From a virus (taxonomy: Duplodnaviria > Caudoviricetes), in IMG/VR virus record IMGVR_UViG_3300032330_001786, positions 1-33,220 of that record: 33,220 nt of DNA. One strand, 5' to 3'. This document shows, one piece after another, positions 25,579 through 33,220 of this stretch. Each line of letters opens with the position of its first letter. The first letter of the stretch is position 1. The notes under the pieces were generated by a model. The model ran no database searches, had not been told where the DNA came from, and was given only the letters and a program-made list of their open reading frames with translations. The position numbers and the translations under genes were made by a program.

Positions 25579-26810
25579 GCGAAGAAATTATTATTACTCC
25601 TTCTACTGAAGGGGATATAGTTATTGATCCCACTCAAGGTGGGGCAGTAGGTCCAGCAGGTCCTAAGGGCGATACCGGGGCTACTGGCGCTACTGGCGAT
25701 AAAGGAGATACTGGAGACACAGGTCCTTCTGGCGTTATCGATGTTATCCCGCCTATTACTAATACTGGCACCCCTACAGCTGCGAAAATTGGCATAGACC
25801 AAACTGCTTTAAACATCTCCCAATCACAAGTAGATAACGTTAGCAGAGCAGTAGATTATTGGGCACCCTCTATTACTTACACAAAAGGTGATTTGGTCCA
25901 ATATAATTATGTTATATGGAGAAGGTCTTCTACAGGCTCTTCAGGCACTAGTTGGGAATCAGACCTTGCTAACTGGAAACAAGTATCTCCAACACCTTCA
26001 TATTTGATGCTACCTACAACAGGGTTAGACATTTATCCTAGAGCCTTTGCTGGGTCATCTCGGACAATGACAAATAATCTGACTTATCTTACGCACTTTG
26101 TTGCGGAGAAAAATCAAGTTGTAAACACTCTAACGTTTCAACAAGGTAGTGCGGGGTTACCCTCCGCAGGAGCTTCTACATCTTTTGTAGTGAATGCGGG
26201 TCTTTTTACGCTAAATAATTCTGCTACACCTACTACCGCTACCTGTGTGTCTAGAGGGTCTATATCTACTTCTACCATAACTGGGGCTTCTTTTACCGTT
26301 GCGGTAGCTACAACTCAGACTGTAACGGTTACTTGCTCCGCACTACCTTCTGCAATTGCTAACAGTACTCAAATTGTTATGTATGGAGGCACTGGTGCGT
26401 TAACGGTAGGAATTGCAGGAACTATTTCTGGAGCAGTTTCTGCGGGTGCAACTAGTTTTACATTTAGTATTACTACAAACGTTAGTACTGCAGGTTCATA
26501 CGCTGCAGCTAAAGGTAGTATTTATTTTTCAGGGAATGCTCCATACTCAATAACTTTGGATACTCCCTATACTTTAGTTGCAGGAACTACATACTCTGTT
26601 GGAGTAGTATTTTGGGCTACCAACGGGTTTACACTCTTAGCCGGCCTTGCTGGACTTGCCCATGCAGGATCTGGGGCTACTATATCTGTAGCGCCAATGT
26701 TTACAGGTAACATACCTAGTGCAAATATTACAAATGGAGTTCTTACACTAAATAGTTCTTACCCTTGTAGTACAGGCCCTAGTTCGTCCCCATGGGCTAG
26801 ATTAACTTAA
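25575..26810 (+). CDS. collagen-repeat fibre/spike protein with CBM5/12-like domain
   Basis: ATGA overlap; ten G-X-Y triplets at 25641-25730; WAPSITYTKGDLVQY....W...W...NW; beta-rich C-terminus. Confidence 0.75.
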   Translation: MSEEIIITPSTEGDIVIDPTQGGAVGPAGPKGDTGATGATGDKGDTGDTGPSGVIDVIPPITNTGTPTAAKIGIDQTALNISQSQVDNVSRAVDYWAPSITYTKGDLVQYNYVIWRRSSTGSSGTSWESDLANWKQVSPTPSYLMLPTTGLDIYPRAFAGSSRTMTNNLTYLTHFVAEKNQVVNTLTFQQGSAGLPSAGASTSFVVNAGLFTLNNSATPTTATCVSRGSISTSTITGASFTVAVATTQTVTVTCSALPSAIANSTQIVMYGGTGALTVGIAGTISGAVSAGATSFTFSITTNVSTAGSYAAAKGSIYFSGNAPYSITLDTPYTLVAGTTYSVGVVFWATNGFTLLAGLAGLAHAGSGATISVAPMFTGNIPSANITNGVLTLNSSYPCSTGPSSSPWARLT

Positions 26811-26834
26811 CAACCAATAATATAGGAGAATAAA

Positions 26835-26936
26835 ATGGCATGCAGAACTGGGTGCCCAACCCAAGATTGTGATAGCTACGCTGATTGCTGTAAAGGCATA
26901 ATGGTAGACCGCATCAGCCTTCAAGTTAGAGGCTGA
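26835..26936 (+). CDS. 33-aa Cys-rich peptide (absent from the ORF track)
   Basis: AGGAGA RBS; MACRTGCPTQDCDSYADCCKGIMVDRISLQVRG. Confidence 0.65.
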   Translation: MACRTGCPTQDCDSYADCCKGIMVDRISLQVRG

Positions 26937-26992
26937 AATTTAGGCCCAAATCGGGTAACGTTTATATAGACTCTTAAGGAAAGGCCCTATTA

Positions 26993-27361
26993 ATGGCTAC
27001 ATCATATAAAATTTTGGGACAGAAGAAACTAACCACGGGAAGTACTCCTGTAGTACTGTACTACGTTCCAGCGTCAACTCAGGCAATTATCTCTACTATT
27101 ACTGTTTGTAATACCAGTACGTCTGCAGCTACGTATAGAATTGCAGTACTTGACTTAACCGCAGCCCCTGTAAGCCCCGCTACAATCGATACTGTACCTT
27201 CTTTTACAAATGAAAGCTACTTAGTTTATGACGCAACTGTAGGACCTAATGAAACTATTTCATACACCCTTGGCCTTACAGTAAGCGCTTTTGACAAGGT
27301 TGTAGTTAATTCTTCTTCTACAAGCGTTTCTTTTAATGCCTATGGTTCGGAGACCGTATAA
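26993..27361 (+). CDS. small beta-sandwich virion protein
   Basis: YKILGQ...LYYVPAST.AIISTITVCN....ATYRIAV...SFNAYGSE, a recurrent phage structural pattern. Confidence 0.7.
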   Translation: MATSYKILGQKKLTTGSTPVVLYYVPASTQAIISTITVCNTSTSAATYRIAVLDLTAAPVSPATIDTVPSFTNESYLVYDATVGPNETISYTLGLTVSAFDKVVVNSSSTSVSFNAYGSETV

Positions 27362-27792
27362 TGAGCGTTAAATCTAATGGGGACTCTAACGATAAGAAAG
27401 TAATTGCTGGTTCTGTGCTATACCCAGCAAATACTCAATGGCCGTTTGCTAATAGTGATACTTTTAGATTGTCTTCAGAAGGTTACGGTGTAGACCACAC
27501 TATTGGCGTTGTAGTGCCTTACAACGGTACTTATGTAAAAAATGGGTCAAATTTTTTCCTGAACACGCCTATTGTAACTGCCACTATTAGTGGGGGTAGC
27601 GGATTTGGGTTAACTGCTAGAGTTGGCGCTATTACTAAATATAGCTTTACTCTTTTTATATACAACCCTACTTCTTCTTATGTAAGCCCTCCCTATCCAA
27701 TTACGGTTAACTGGATTGCCACTGAACCAACACAAGGCAAAATTAGTGATGATCCTTACACTTTAATTCAAGCAGTATTGGCGAGCCCATAA
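27361..27792 (+). CDS. virion protein, H-type lectin / fibre-tip-like domain
   Basis: F..TPIVTAT...ITKYSFTL...VNWIA pattern; TAATG overlap. Confidence 0.55.
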   Translation: MSVKSNGDSNDKKVIAGSVLYPANTQWPFANSDTFRLSSEGYGVDHTIGVVVPYNGTYVKNGSNFFLNTPIVTATISGGSGFGLTARVGAITKYSFTLFIYNPTSSYVSPPYPITVNWIATEPTQGKISDDPYTLIQAVLASP

Positions 27793-27796
27793 ACCC

Positions 27797-28306
27797 ATGA
27801 AAGCTAGTAAACCCGGCGGCAGATTTGGTATTCCTTTTGAACGAGATTCAATTCTTTCAGGGATTACCGAGGATTTAAGGCGCCCTGTTGGCCAAGAGGT
27901 TGAATGGTGGCGCTGGGATTCTGAAGACACTTCAGTAGATGATGTATATGATGTTGGCTCTGTATCTGGCGGCCGTATTTGGCATCAAGGCATTGTTATT
28001 CCTTGCATCCAAGCTACTATTTTTCAGGGAGTAACGCTTCAAGATGATCGCGGTTTCTATAACACTGACGTATTAAGAGTCACACTAAATATGGAAGATG
28101 TTGAAAGATACCTTTCTACTATGCCAGCTAAGCCTGACGACTACCTACGTGATCGTATAGTCTTTAGAAATCAGGTATTTAGGCCTACTCATTTTTATCC
28201 TCGTGGATTGGTTACAGACCAGTACACTTTGTTTACTTTGGATGCGTCTCAAGAAAACCCTGAAGAAATGATTAATGACCATCAATTTATTAAGTACGCT
28301 AACTAG
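27797..28306 (+). CDS. probable head-closure/neck protein
   Basis: position in the structural block; RDRIVFRNQVF OB-like pattern. Confidence 0.55.
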   Translation: MKASKPGGRFGIPFERDSILSGITEDLRRPVGQEVEWWRWDSEDTSVDDVYDVGSVSGGRIWHQGIVIPCIQATIFQGVTLQDDRGFYNTDVLRVTLNMEDVERYLSTMPAKPDDYLRDRIVFRNQVFRPTHFYPRGLVTDQYTLFTLDASQENPEEMINDHQFIKYAN

Positions 28307-28314
28307 GAGTAACA

Positions 28315-28494
28315 ATGGCAGAAAATAAAAAGTCTAAAGCCCACCCCGGTTTTAAGTCTGTACAAAAAAAGATCGCTGAAAAAGAAGGCGTATCAGAAAA
28401 GGCTGCGGGAGCTATCTTAGCTGCAAGATCCCGTGGAGCCAGTCCAGCAGCTAAAAAGAAAAATCCTAATCTAAAGAAAGTAAAAGGTAAGTAA
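28315..28494 (+). CDS. 59-aa Lys/Ala-rich basic protein (absent from the ORF track)
   Basis: AGGAG RBS; MAENKKSKAHPGFKSVQKKIAEKEGVSEKAAGAILAARSRGASPAAKKKNPNLKKVKGK. Confidence 0.75.
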   Translation: MAENKKSKAHPGFKSVQKKIAEKEGVSEKAAGAILAARSRGASPAAKKKNPNLKKVKGK

Positions 28495-28496
28495 TT

Positions 28497-28805
28497 ATGG
28501 CTCTTGATCATATTGTAGTTCAACCTACGGCAAACGCTAGAAGCGTGTTATTTACGGTGCCTGCCGGGGCATACGGGGTAAATGTAACTATTCAGAATAG
28601 AGCTACAGCGTCTGCAAGAGACATTGCGATTGGCGACGACACTTTAGGTGCTGTTAGTGGCTCTAATGCTGGTATTAAGATCCCTTTTGGAACCACATTT
28701 CAAATGGTATGCAATGCTGGAGACGTTATTTATGCGTATACAGCAGGCGATTTTGTTGCTACGTCAGAATACGTAGTAGTTTTATACAGCACTCAGTTTA
28801 AATAA
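28497..28805 (+). CDS. small beta-rich virion protein
   Basis: 102 aa; VTIQN...IAIG...GIKIP.G...GDVIYA pattern. Confidence 0.65.
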   Translation: MALDHIVVQPTANARSVLFTVPAGAYGVNVTIQNRATASARDIAIGDDTLGAVSGSNAGIKIPFGTTFQMVCNAGDVIYAYTAGDFVATSEYVVVLYSTQFK

Positions 28806-28815
28806 GGAGAATTAA

Positions 28816-28986
28816 ATGTGTGCAACATGCGGTTGTATGAAGCCCAAGGATAAGCACGGCATGAAGACCCTATCAGCAGCTAATAAAAAGTTTGCTAAGA
28901 AGGGCGGATGCTCTAAGTGTGGCAAAGCTACTTGCTCTTGTGGCAAGAAGGCTCCCGCTAAAAAAGCGGCCCCTAAAAAGAAGTAA
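28816..28986 (+). CDS. 56-aa Cys/Lys-rich protein (absent from the ORF track)
   Basis: AAGGAGA RBS; MCATCGCMKPKDKHGMKTLSAANKKFAKKGGCSKCGKATCSCGKKAPAKKAAPKKK. Confidence 0.75.
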   Translation: MCATCGCMKPKDKHGMKTLSAANKKFAKKGGCSKCGKATCSCGKKAPAKKAAPKKK

Positions 28987-29004
28987 TAGTTAGTAAAGAT
29001 TATT

Positions 29005-29072
29005 GAGGGGTTTAGCAGTATATTCAGTAGTGACGCTGGAGTTATCCAGATTTGCTGAAGTACTGCTACCTC
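29005..29072 (+). other. long imperfect hairpin in intergenic DNA
   Basis: GAGG..TAGCAGTA..TTCAG..CTGGA-GTTA-TCCAG..CTGAA..TACTGCTA..CCTC. Confidence 0.6.
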
Positions 29073-29090
29073 TTGAGAATGAGGATTGTG

Positions 29091-29246
29091 ATGTTATACC
29101 TTGCTAATAGATTGGCCCGCATGGAAAGCGAAGCTGATCGTAGAGAGTTTGTTGCCGGTCTAGTCGGTAGCGATAAGGTTAATTTAAAGTCTTTAGCAGT
29201 CGGGTTTGTTAGTACCTCGCTACTGTTAAAGGCTTTTAAAAAGTGA
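29091..29246 (+). CDS. small hypothetical protein
   Basis: start moved to MLYLAN (GAGGA RBS); GTGA overlap with the next gene. Confidence 0.6.
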   Translation: MLYLANRLARMESEADRREFVAGLVGSDKVNLKSLAVGFVSTSLLLKAFKK

Positions 29247-29575
29247 CGTCAGCAAAGTACCTTCCTAATAAAATTATTGAGTCAGCTGATTACACAGCTA
29301 AAAAAATGACTGCGGAGTTTCGCAGAAACGCTTACAAAAGTGGCTGGCCTACTGAGATTACCCGTAAATTGCGTGTAGAACACGATGGCGGAGATCATTT
29401 CTTTATAGAACCAAATAAAGCTATAAAAAAAGCTGTACTAGATCTTGAACAAGGTAACCAAAACACTCCCCCAAATGCTGCAATTTTGCGCTTTATGAAC
29501 CGTAGCCACATACATATTGAGGACTACACTAATCTAATATTCGCAAGCATTATGGATATGGAGATATTTAAATGA
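29243..29575 (+). CDS. probable neck/tail-completion protein
   Basis: position in the structural block; LDLEQG....PP pattern. Confidence 0.5.
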   Translation: MTSAKYLPNKIIESADYTAKKMTAEFRRNAYKSGWPTEITRKLRVEHDGGDHFFIEPNKAIKKAVLDLEQGNQNTPPNAAILRFMNRSHIHIEDYTNLIFASIMDMEIFK

Positions 29576-30195
29576 CCTTTTTACTTAATGAAGATGCAGC
29601 TCTTAAAACTTTGTTAAAGAATAGAGTAAAAGTTAGCGACGCAGCTAACAATAGCCGATCAGTAGGTGTTTGGTTTAGACAGCCAGACCTTGAGATTCGT
29701 GAGCAGTCTTACCCATACCTAACTATTGAAATGGTAGATATTTCAGAGTCTAGGGAAAGAAGACACTCCGGCCTTACTACTTTGCCGTATGTTCCAGATG
29801 GTACGTTTGATACTAATGGAAATGCACTTCGTAGTGATATTAAGTACCTTACAGAAACCCCTATTCCTGTAGATATTGACTATCAAGTTGCGTCTTATTC
29901 TCGCCATCCTCACCATGATCGCCAGATTATTTCTACTATCTTGACTCAAATTATGCCGTTTAGATACGGCGTTTTAAAAATTCCCGAAGACGGTACTGTT
30001 CGCAGGCTTGAACTTACGGGGTATGCAAAAAGAGATATGACCGAACAGGGAAAAAGGCTGTTTGTTAATGTCTTTTCTATTAGGATTAATTCAGAGATAT
30101 TTACCTCAGGATTAATGGCTATGGATAATCCTGTAGATAACATCCGCTATACAGGCCAACAATTCACAAATGAAGACATTACACAAACTAATTAA
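29572..30195 (+). CDS. probable tail terminator/completion protein
   Basis: directly upstream of the sheath; YPYLTI...PIPVDIDYQV pattern. Confidence 0.6.
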   Translation: MTFLLNEDAALKTLLKNRVKVSDAANNSRSVGVWFRQPDLEIREQSYPYLTIEMVDISESRERRHSGLTTLPYVPDGTFDTNGNALRSDIKYLTETPIPVDIDYQVASYSRHPHHDRQIISTILTQIMPFRYGVLKIPEDGTVRRLELTGYAKRDMTEQGKRLFVNVFSIRINSEIFTSGLMAMDNPVDNIRYTGQQFTNEDITQTN

Positions 30196-30242
30196 AAATC
30201 GGCCACACGAGAATATAACTAATTAACTTAAGGAGTTAAACT

Positions 30243-32630
30243 ATGAGCTCATTTGCTCGTCCTGGTGTCTATATCCAGGAAAACATTGTGCAGCAAAATA
30301 TTACAACTCAGTCCCGTACTGATGCTGTTGCTGCTTTTATTGGTCAGCTACCAAAGGGCCCTATCGTACCTACACTGGTTGCTACTTGGGCTGATTTTGT
30401 TAAGTACTTTGGTGGAGTTAACAGCACCTACCCAACTACTGCTGCCCTATTTACTTTCTTTTCTAATGGTGGTCGCAATGCCTACATTCAAAGAGTTGTA
30501 CCTTCTGATGCTACGGTAGCATCCTACACATACACTGTTACTGGCGGTTCTTTTGTAATTAACGCTATTAATAAGGGTTCTTGGGGAACTAGCTTGTATG
30601 TTGAAACTATTAGTGGAAGTATTCCAGGTAGATTTTCTCTTGCAGTATATGGAAGCCCACTAGTATCTGGCGGAGATTTAAGATCAAATGTTCTTGAACA
30701 GTGGACTGATCTTAGCCTTACTTCTACTGATGCTCGCTATGCTATAGATATTATTAATGCATTCTCTGCTTACATCAATGTATCAGTTACAGGAACTCCG
30801 ACTGCGCCCCCAGCTACTACAAATATTGTACAGACACTTTCTGGTGGTACTGATGGTACTGCTCTCGTTGGTTCTACTTTATATCAGATTACTGACACTT
30901 TGCCAAACTTTGACAATATTACTTCGCCTCTTATTTTTAATGCTCCTGATATTTCAAAGGTTGCTAGTGGTGCAACCTATTCTTCAAACCGTGGGTACTC
31001 TATTGCTACTTGGGCAAAGCTTTTAAAGTATGCGGAATACCGTGGAGACGGTTTTGTTGTAGTAGATACTCCTAATGAAACTAGTGCCGGTAATACGATG
31101 AGTGCTTTTGACGCACAAGTTTATGCCGGAGACGTCTACAGCCAGACTACTTCTGCTGGAGTTTCAACTACTTCGCAAAGCATTACAACTCTTACCACTG
31201 ATAGTACGTCTGTAACCTACACTACTGGAACTTCTCCACATGGTTTCTTAGTTGGTCAGACAGTTACAGTTTCAGGACTTTCTAACACTGTTGCTCTTAA
31301 CTCAACTGCTGCAACTGCTGTAAAGCCAGGTTATCAAGGTCCTACTGCAGTTGCTGGCTATGTAACGTTCCAGACTGCTCAAGACCATGGTTTTAAGACT
31401 GGCGATTCGGTAATTATTACTGGTGTTACTCCAACTACGTACAACAACGGTGGCACTGCTTACACTATTACTAGATTAGATAATAATAAATTCTACGTAG
31501 CTAGCTCTGTTACTACAACCCCTTCTGCTGTAACCAATGCTACTGCTTCAAGTGCTGGTCTTAATGGTAGCTTTACCATTACTGCAGTACCTGCTACTAC
31601 TAAGTTCACCGTGTCTAACACGGAAGCTATCGCAAACCCTGTAGTTATCCCTACCGCCTCTAGTTCGTACCTCGCAAATGTTACTACTATTAATACAACT
31701 GGTAACCACAATCTTACTGCTGGTCAAACAGTAGTTATTCAAGGCGTAGTTCCAGATGCTTACAATGGTACGTGGGTGACCGCAGCTAGCACAGCAACCA
31801 ATGTATTGAAGATTACTACCAATGCAGATCTAGGCGCTATTACTACGGCAGGAACTGTTTCGGGTGGTCTAGGCCTTACAACTGCAAGTGCGGCTACTGC
31901 AACTGGTTTTGCAACTGCTACTGGCTCAGTAACTAACTCTTGGTCCGCTGTAAGCTCTTTGGCTTCAAACGGCGCTATCTACTACCCTTGGTTGAAGATT
32001 CCAGATACCACTAAGTCTGTTCCTGGAGTTACTACTCCAGTAGCACCTGGTGGCGCAGTTATTGGTCAGTACCAGGCTACAGATGCTTCTCGTGGAGTAT
32101 TTAAGACTCCAGCAGGTTATGGCACTCGTATTGGTACTGCTGTAGACGTCACTAAGAGACTGACTAACGCAGAACTAGATAGCTTGAATACTGGTAGTGG
32201 TAATACAACTGCTACTCCAGTCAACGCTATTCGTAACGTTCCTGGTGCAGGTATTGTAATTATGGGTGGACGCACTCTAGCTAATACTTCTCCAAACCGC
32301 TACATCAATATTCGTCGAAGCATTATCAATGTTAAGAAGCAGGTTGAGCGTATCAGCCAGTTTGCTCTATTTGAGAATAATGATGAATACCTATGGGCCC
32401 AGCTTCGCAATACAGTTGGTGGTTTCTTGAACCAGTACTGGCAGCAAGGCGGCCTTAGAGGTACAAGCCCTGAAGAGGCATACTACGTAAAGGTAGATGG
32501 TACTACTACTACTAATACGGATATTGCTAATGGTCAGGTAAATATTCAAATTGGTATTGCTCTTGAATACCCTGCCGAATTTGTTGTAATCAACATCGGT
32601 CAGCTGACTGGCAGCTCGACTGCAATTTAA
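30243..32630 (+). CDS. contractile tail sheath protein with a large inserted beta-module region
   Basis: RPGVYIQE, AFIG..PKGP..P, FFSNGG, YYPW, D..RGVFKTPAG, GGRTL...RYINIRR, FENND..LW and PAEFVVI. Confidence 0.95.
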   Translation: MSSFARPGVYIQENIVQQNITTQSRTDAVAAFIGQLPKGPIVPTLVATWADFVKYFGGVNSTYPTTAALFTFFSNGGRNAYIQRVVPSDATVASYTYTVTGGSFVINAINKGSWGTSLYVETISGSIPGRFSLAVYGSPLVSGGDLRSNVLEQWTDLSLTSTDARYAIDIINAFSAYINVSVTGTPTAPPATTNIVQTLSGGTDGTALVGSTLYQITDTLPNFDNITSPLIFNAPDISKVASGATYSSNRGYSIATWAKLLKYAEYRGDGFVVVDTPNETSAGNTMSAFDAQVYAGDVYSQTTSAGVSTTSQSITTLTTDSTSVTYTTGTSPHGFLVGQTVTVSGLSNTVALNSTAATAVKPGYQGPTAVAGYVTFQTAQDHGFKTGDSVIITGVTPTTYNNGGTAYTITRLDNNKFYVASSVTTTPSAVTNATASSAGLNGSFTITAVPATTKFTVSNTEAIANPVVIPTASSSYLANVTTINTTGNHNLTAGQTVVIQGVVPDAYNGTWVTAASTATNVLKITTNADLGAITTAGTVSGGLGLTTASAATATGFATATGSVTNSWSAVSSLASNGAIYYPWLKIPDTTKSVPGVTTPVAPGGAVIGQYQATDASRGVFKTPAGYGTRIGTAVDVTKRLTNAELDSLNTGSGNTTATPVNAIRNVPGAGIVIMGGRTLANTSPNRYINIRRSIINVKKQVERISQFALFENNDEYLWAQLRNTVGGFLNQYWQQGGLRGTSPEEAYYVKVDGTTTTNTDIANGQVNIQIGIALEYPAEFVVINIGQLTGSSTAI

Positions 32631-32648
32631 TTAAGGAGATAACAGAAA

Positions 32649-33220
32649 ATGGCAACTAGCCCACTATTTAATCCGTTTTCCACTGTCGCTACCGATCCTA
32701 TTCGTAACTTTAGATACTTGGTTACTTTTAACCCGTACGATAAGACGAGTGCCGCAAAGGTAGATTTTCAGCCAACAATTGGGTTTACTAACGTAACCGG
32801 TTTTGGTATGAGAGTGGATGACATTCCTTACCGTGAAGGTGGGTACAACACTACCGTGCACCACATTCCTGGTCAGACTTCATTTGATCCAATTCAGTTT
32901 ACTAGAGGTCAAACTCTTGGAGCTCAGCAGCACCACGACTGGATGAAGCAGCTATTTGCTGTAGTATCTGGCCGTTCAAAGGCTGGAGCAGGTCATGATT
33001 TCCGCTGCCAGAGCATTGATGTGTCGGTATTAAGCCATCCGAACCCTGCGGCAACGCAGTACCAGGACGGTCCTGTAGCAAACAGCCCTTTCAGCATGCA
33101 CGTATCTATGCGTTTTAGAATCTACAACGCTTGGATTCAAAACTTGGTCTATGGTGACTTGTCATCAGGTGGTCAGGGGCTTATGATTGAAGGTATGTCT
33201 GTAGTGCATGAAGGCTTTGA
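32649..33220 (+). CDS. tail tube protein (T4 gp19-like), truncated by the window end
   Basis: AAGGAG RBS; MATSPLFNPF...DPIRNFRYLV...GF..VTG....IPYREGG......PG......FTRG; follows the sheath. Confidence 0.88.
   Translation, partial: MATSPLFNPFSTVATDPIRNFRYLVTFNPYDKTSAAKVDFQPTIGFTNVTGFGMRVDDIPYREGGYNTTVHHIPGQTSFDPIQFTRGQTLGAQQHHDWMKQLFAVVSGRSKAGAGHDFRCQSIDVSVLSHPNPAATQYQDGPVANSPFSMHVSMRFRIYNAWIQNLVYGDLSSGGQGLMIEGMSVVHEGF

Noticed and set aside
4601-32864. Short minus-strand and alternative-frame ORFs within the right arm (e.g. 14287..14727, 22092..22376, 28299..28523, 32664..32864)
   Set aside because: Shadows of long plus-strand genes; 28299..28523 and 32664..32864 are antisense to genes the track missed.
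1-33220. Alternative genetic code, integrase/prophage boundary, DGR or retron
   Set aside because: Genes are full length and tightly packed in the standard code; no suppressor tRNA, integrase, reverse transcriptase or adenine-specific repeat pair was seen.

Overview
Part of a large tailed-phage genome with a contractile tail (myovirus morphology). The host is most likely an actinobacterium, and the moderate GC content suggests a low-GC freshwater lineage. Host evidence is a ClgR-like regulator, a DUF732 lipoprotein, an actinobacterial-type secreted transglycosylase and probable leaderless genes. Bases 1-~4200 are transcribed on the minus strand: M23 peptidase(s), two tRNAs, two HTH regulators and small Zn-finger proteins, separated by repeated intergenic elements. 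After a strand switch at ~4190-4320 everything is on the plus strand. A ~13 kb accessory block comes first (large His/Cys-motif proteins, transglycosylase, lipoprotein, structured RNA, two tRNAs, DUF1003, HNH, holin-like, DUF6321-like, Dps, a decoration-like protein, KTSC). It is followed by terminase large subunit, portal, scaffold, major capsid, neck/fibre proteins, tail sheath and the start of the tail tube. The most unusual signals are: (1) one beta-module (T-x3-HG-x3-G-x2-V-x-I/V) inserted into three different probable virion proteins and nested inside itself in the sheath; (2) unannotated proteins sharing an N-terminal QF(D/E) motif and His...CxxC motifs; (3) repeated leader/operator elements in the minus-strand arm; (4) structured non-coding segments; (5) small Cys/Lys-rich ORFs missed by the ORF track. 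All family assignments are motif recognition by eye, not database searches.
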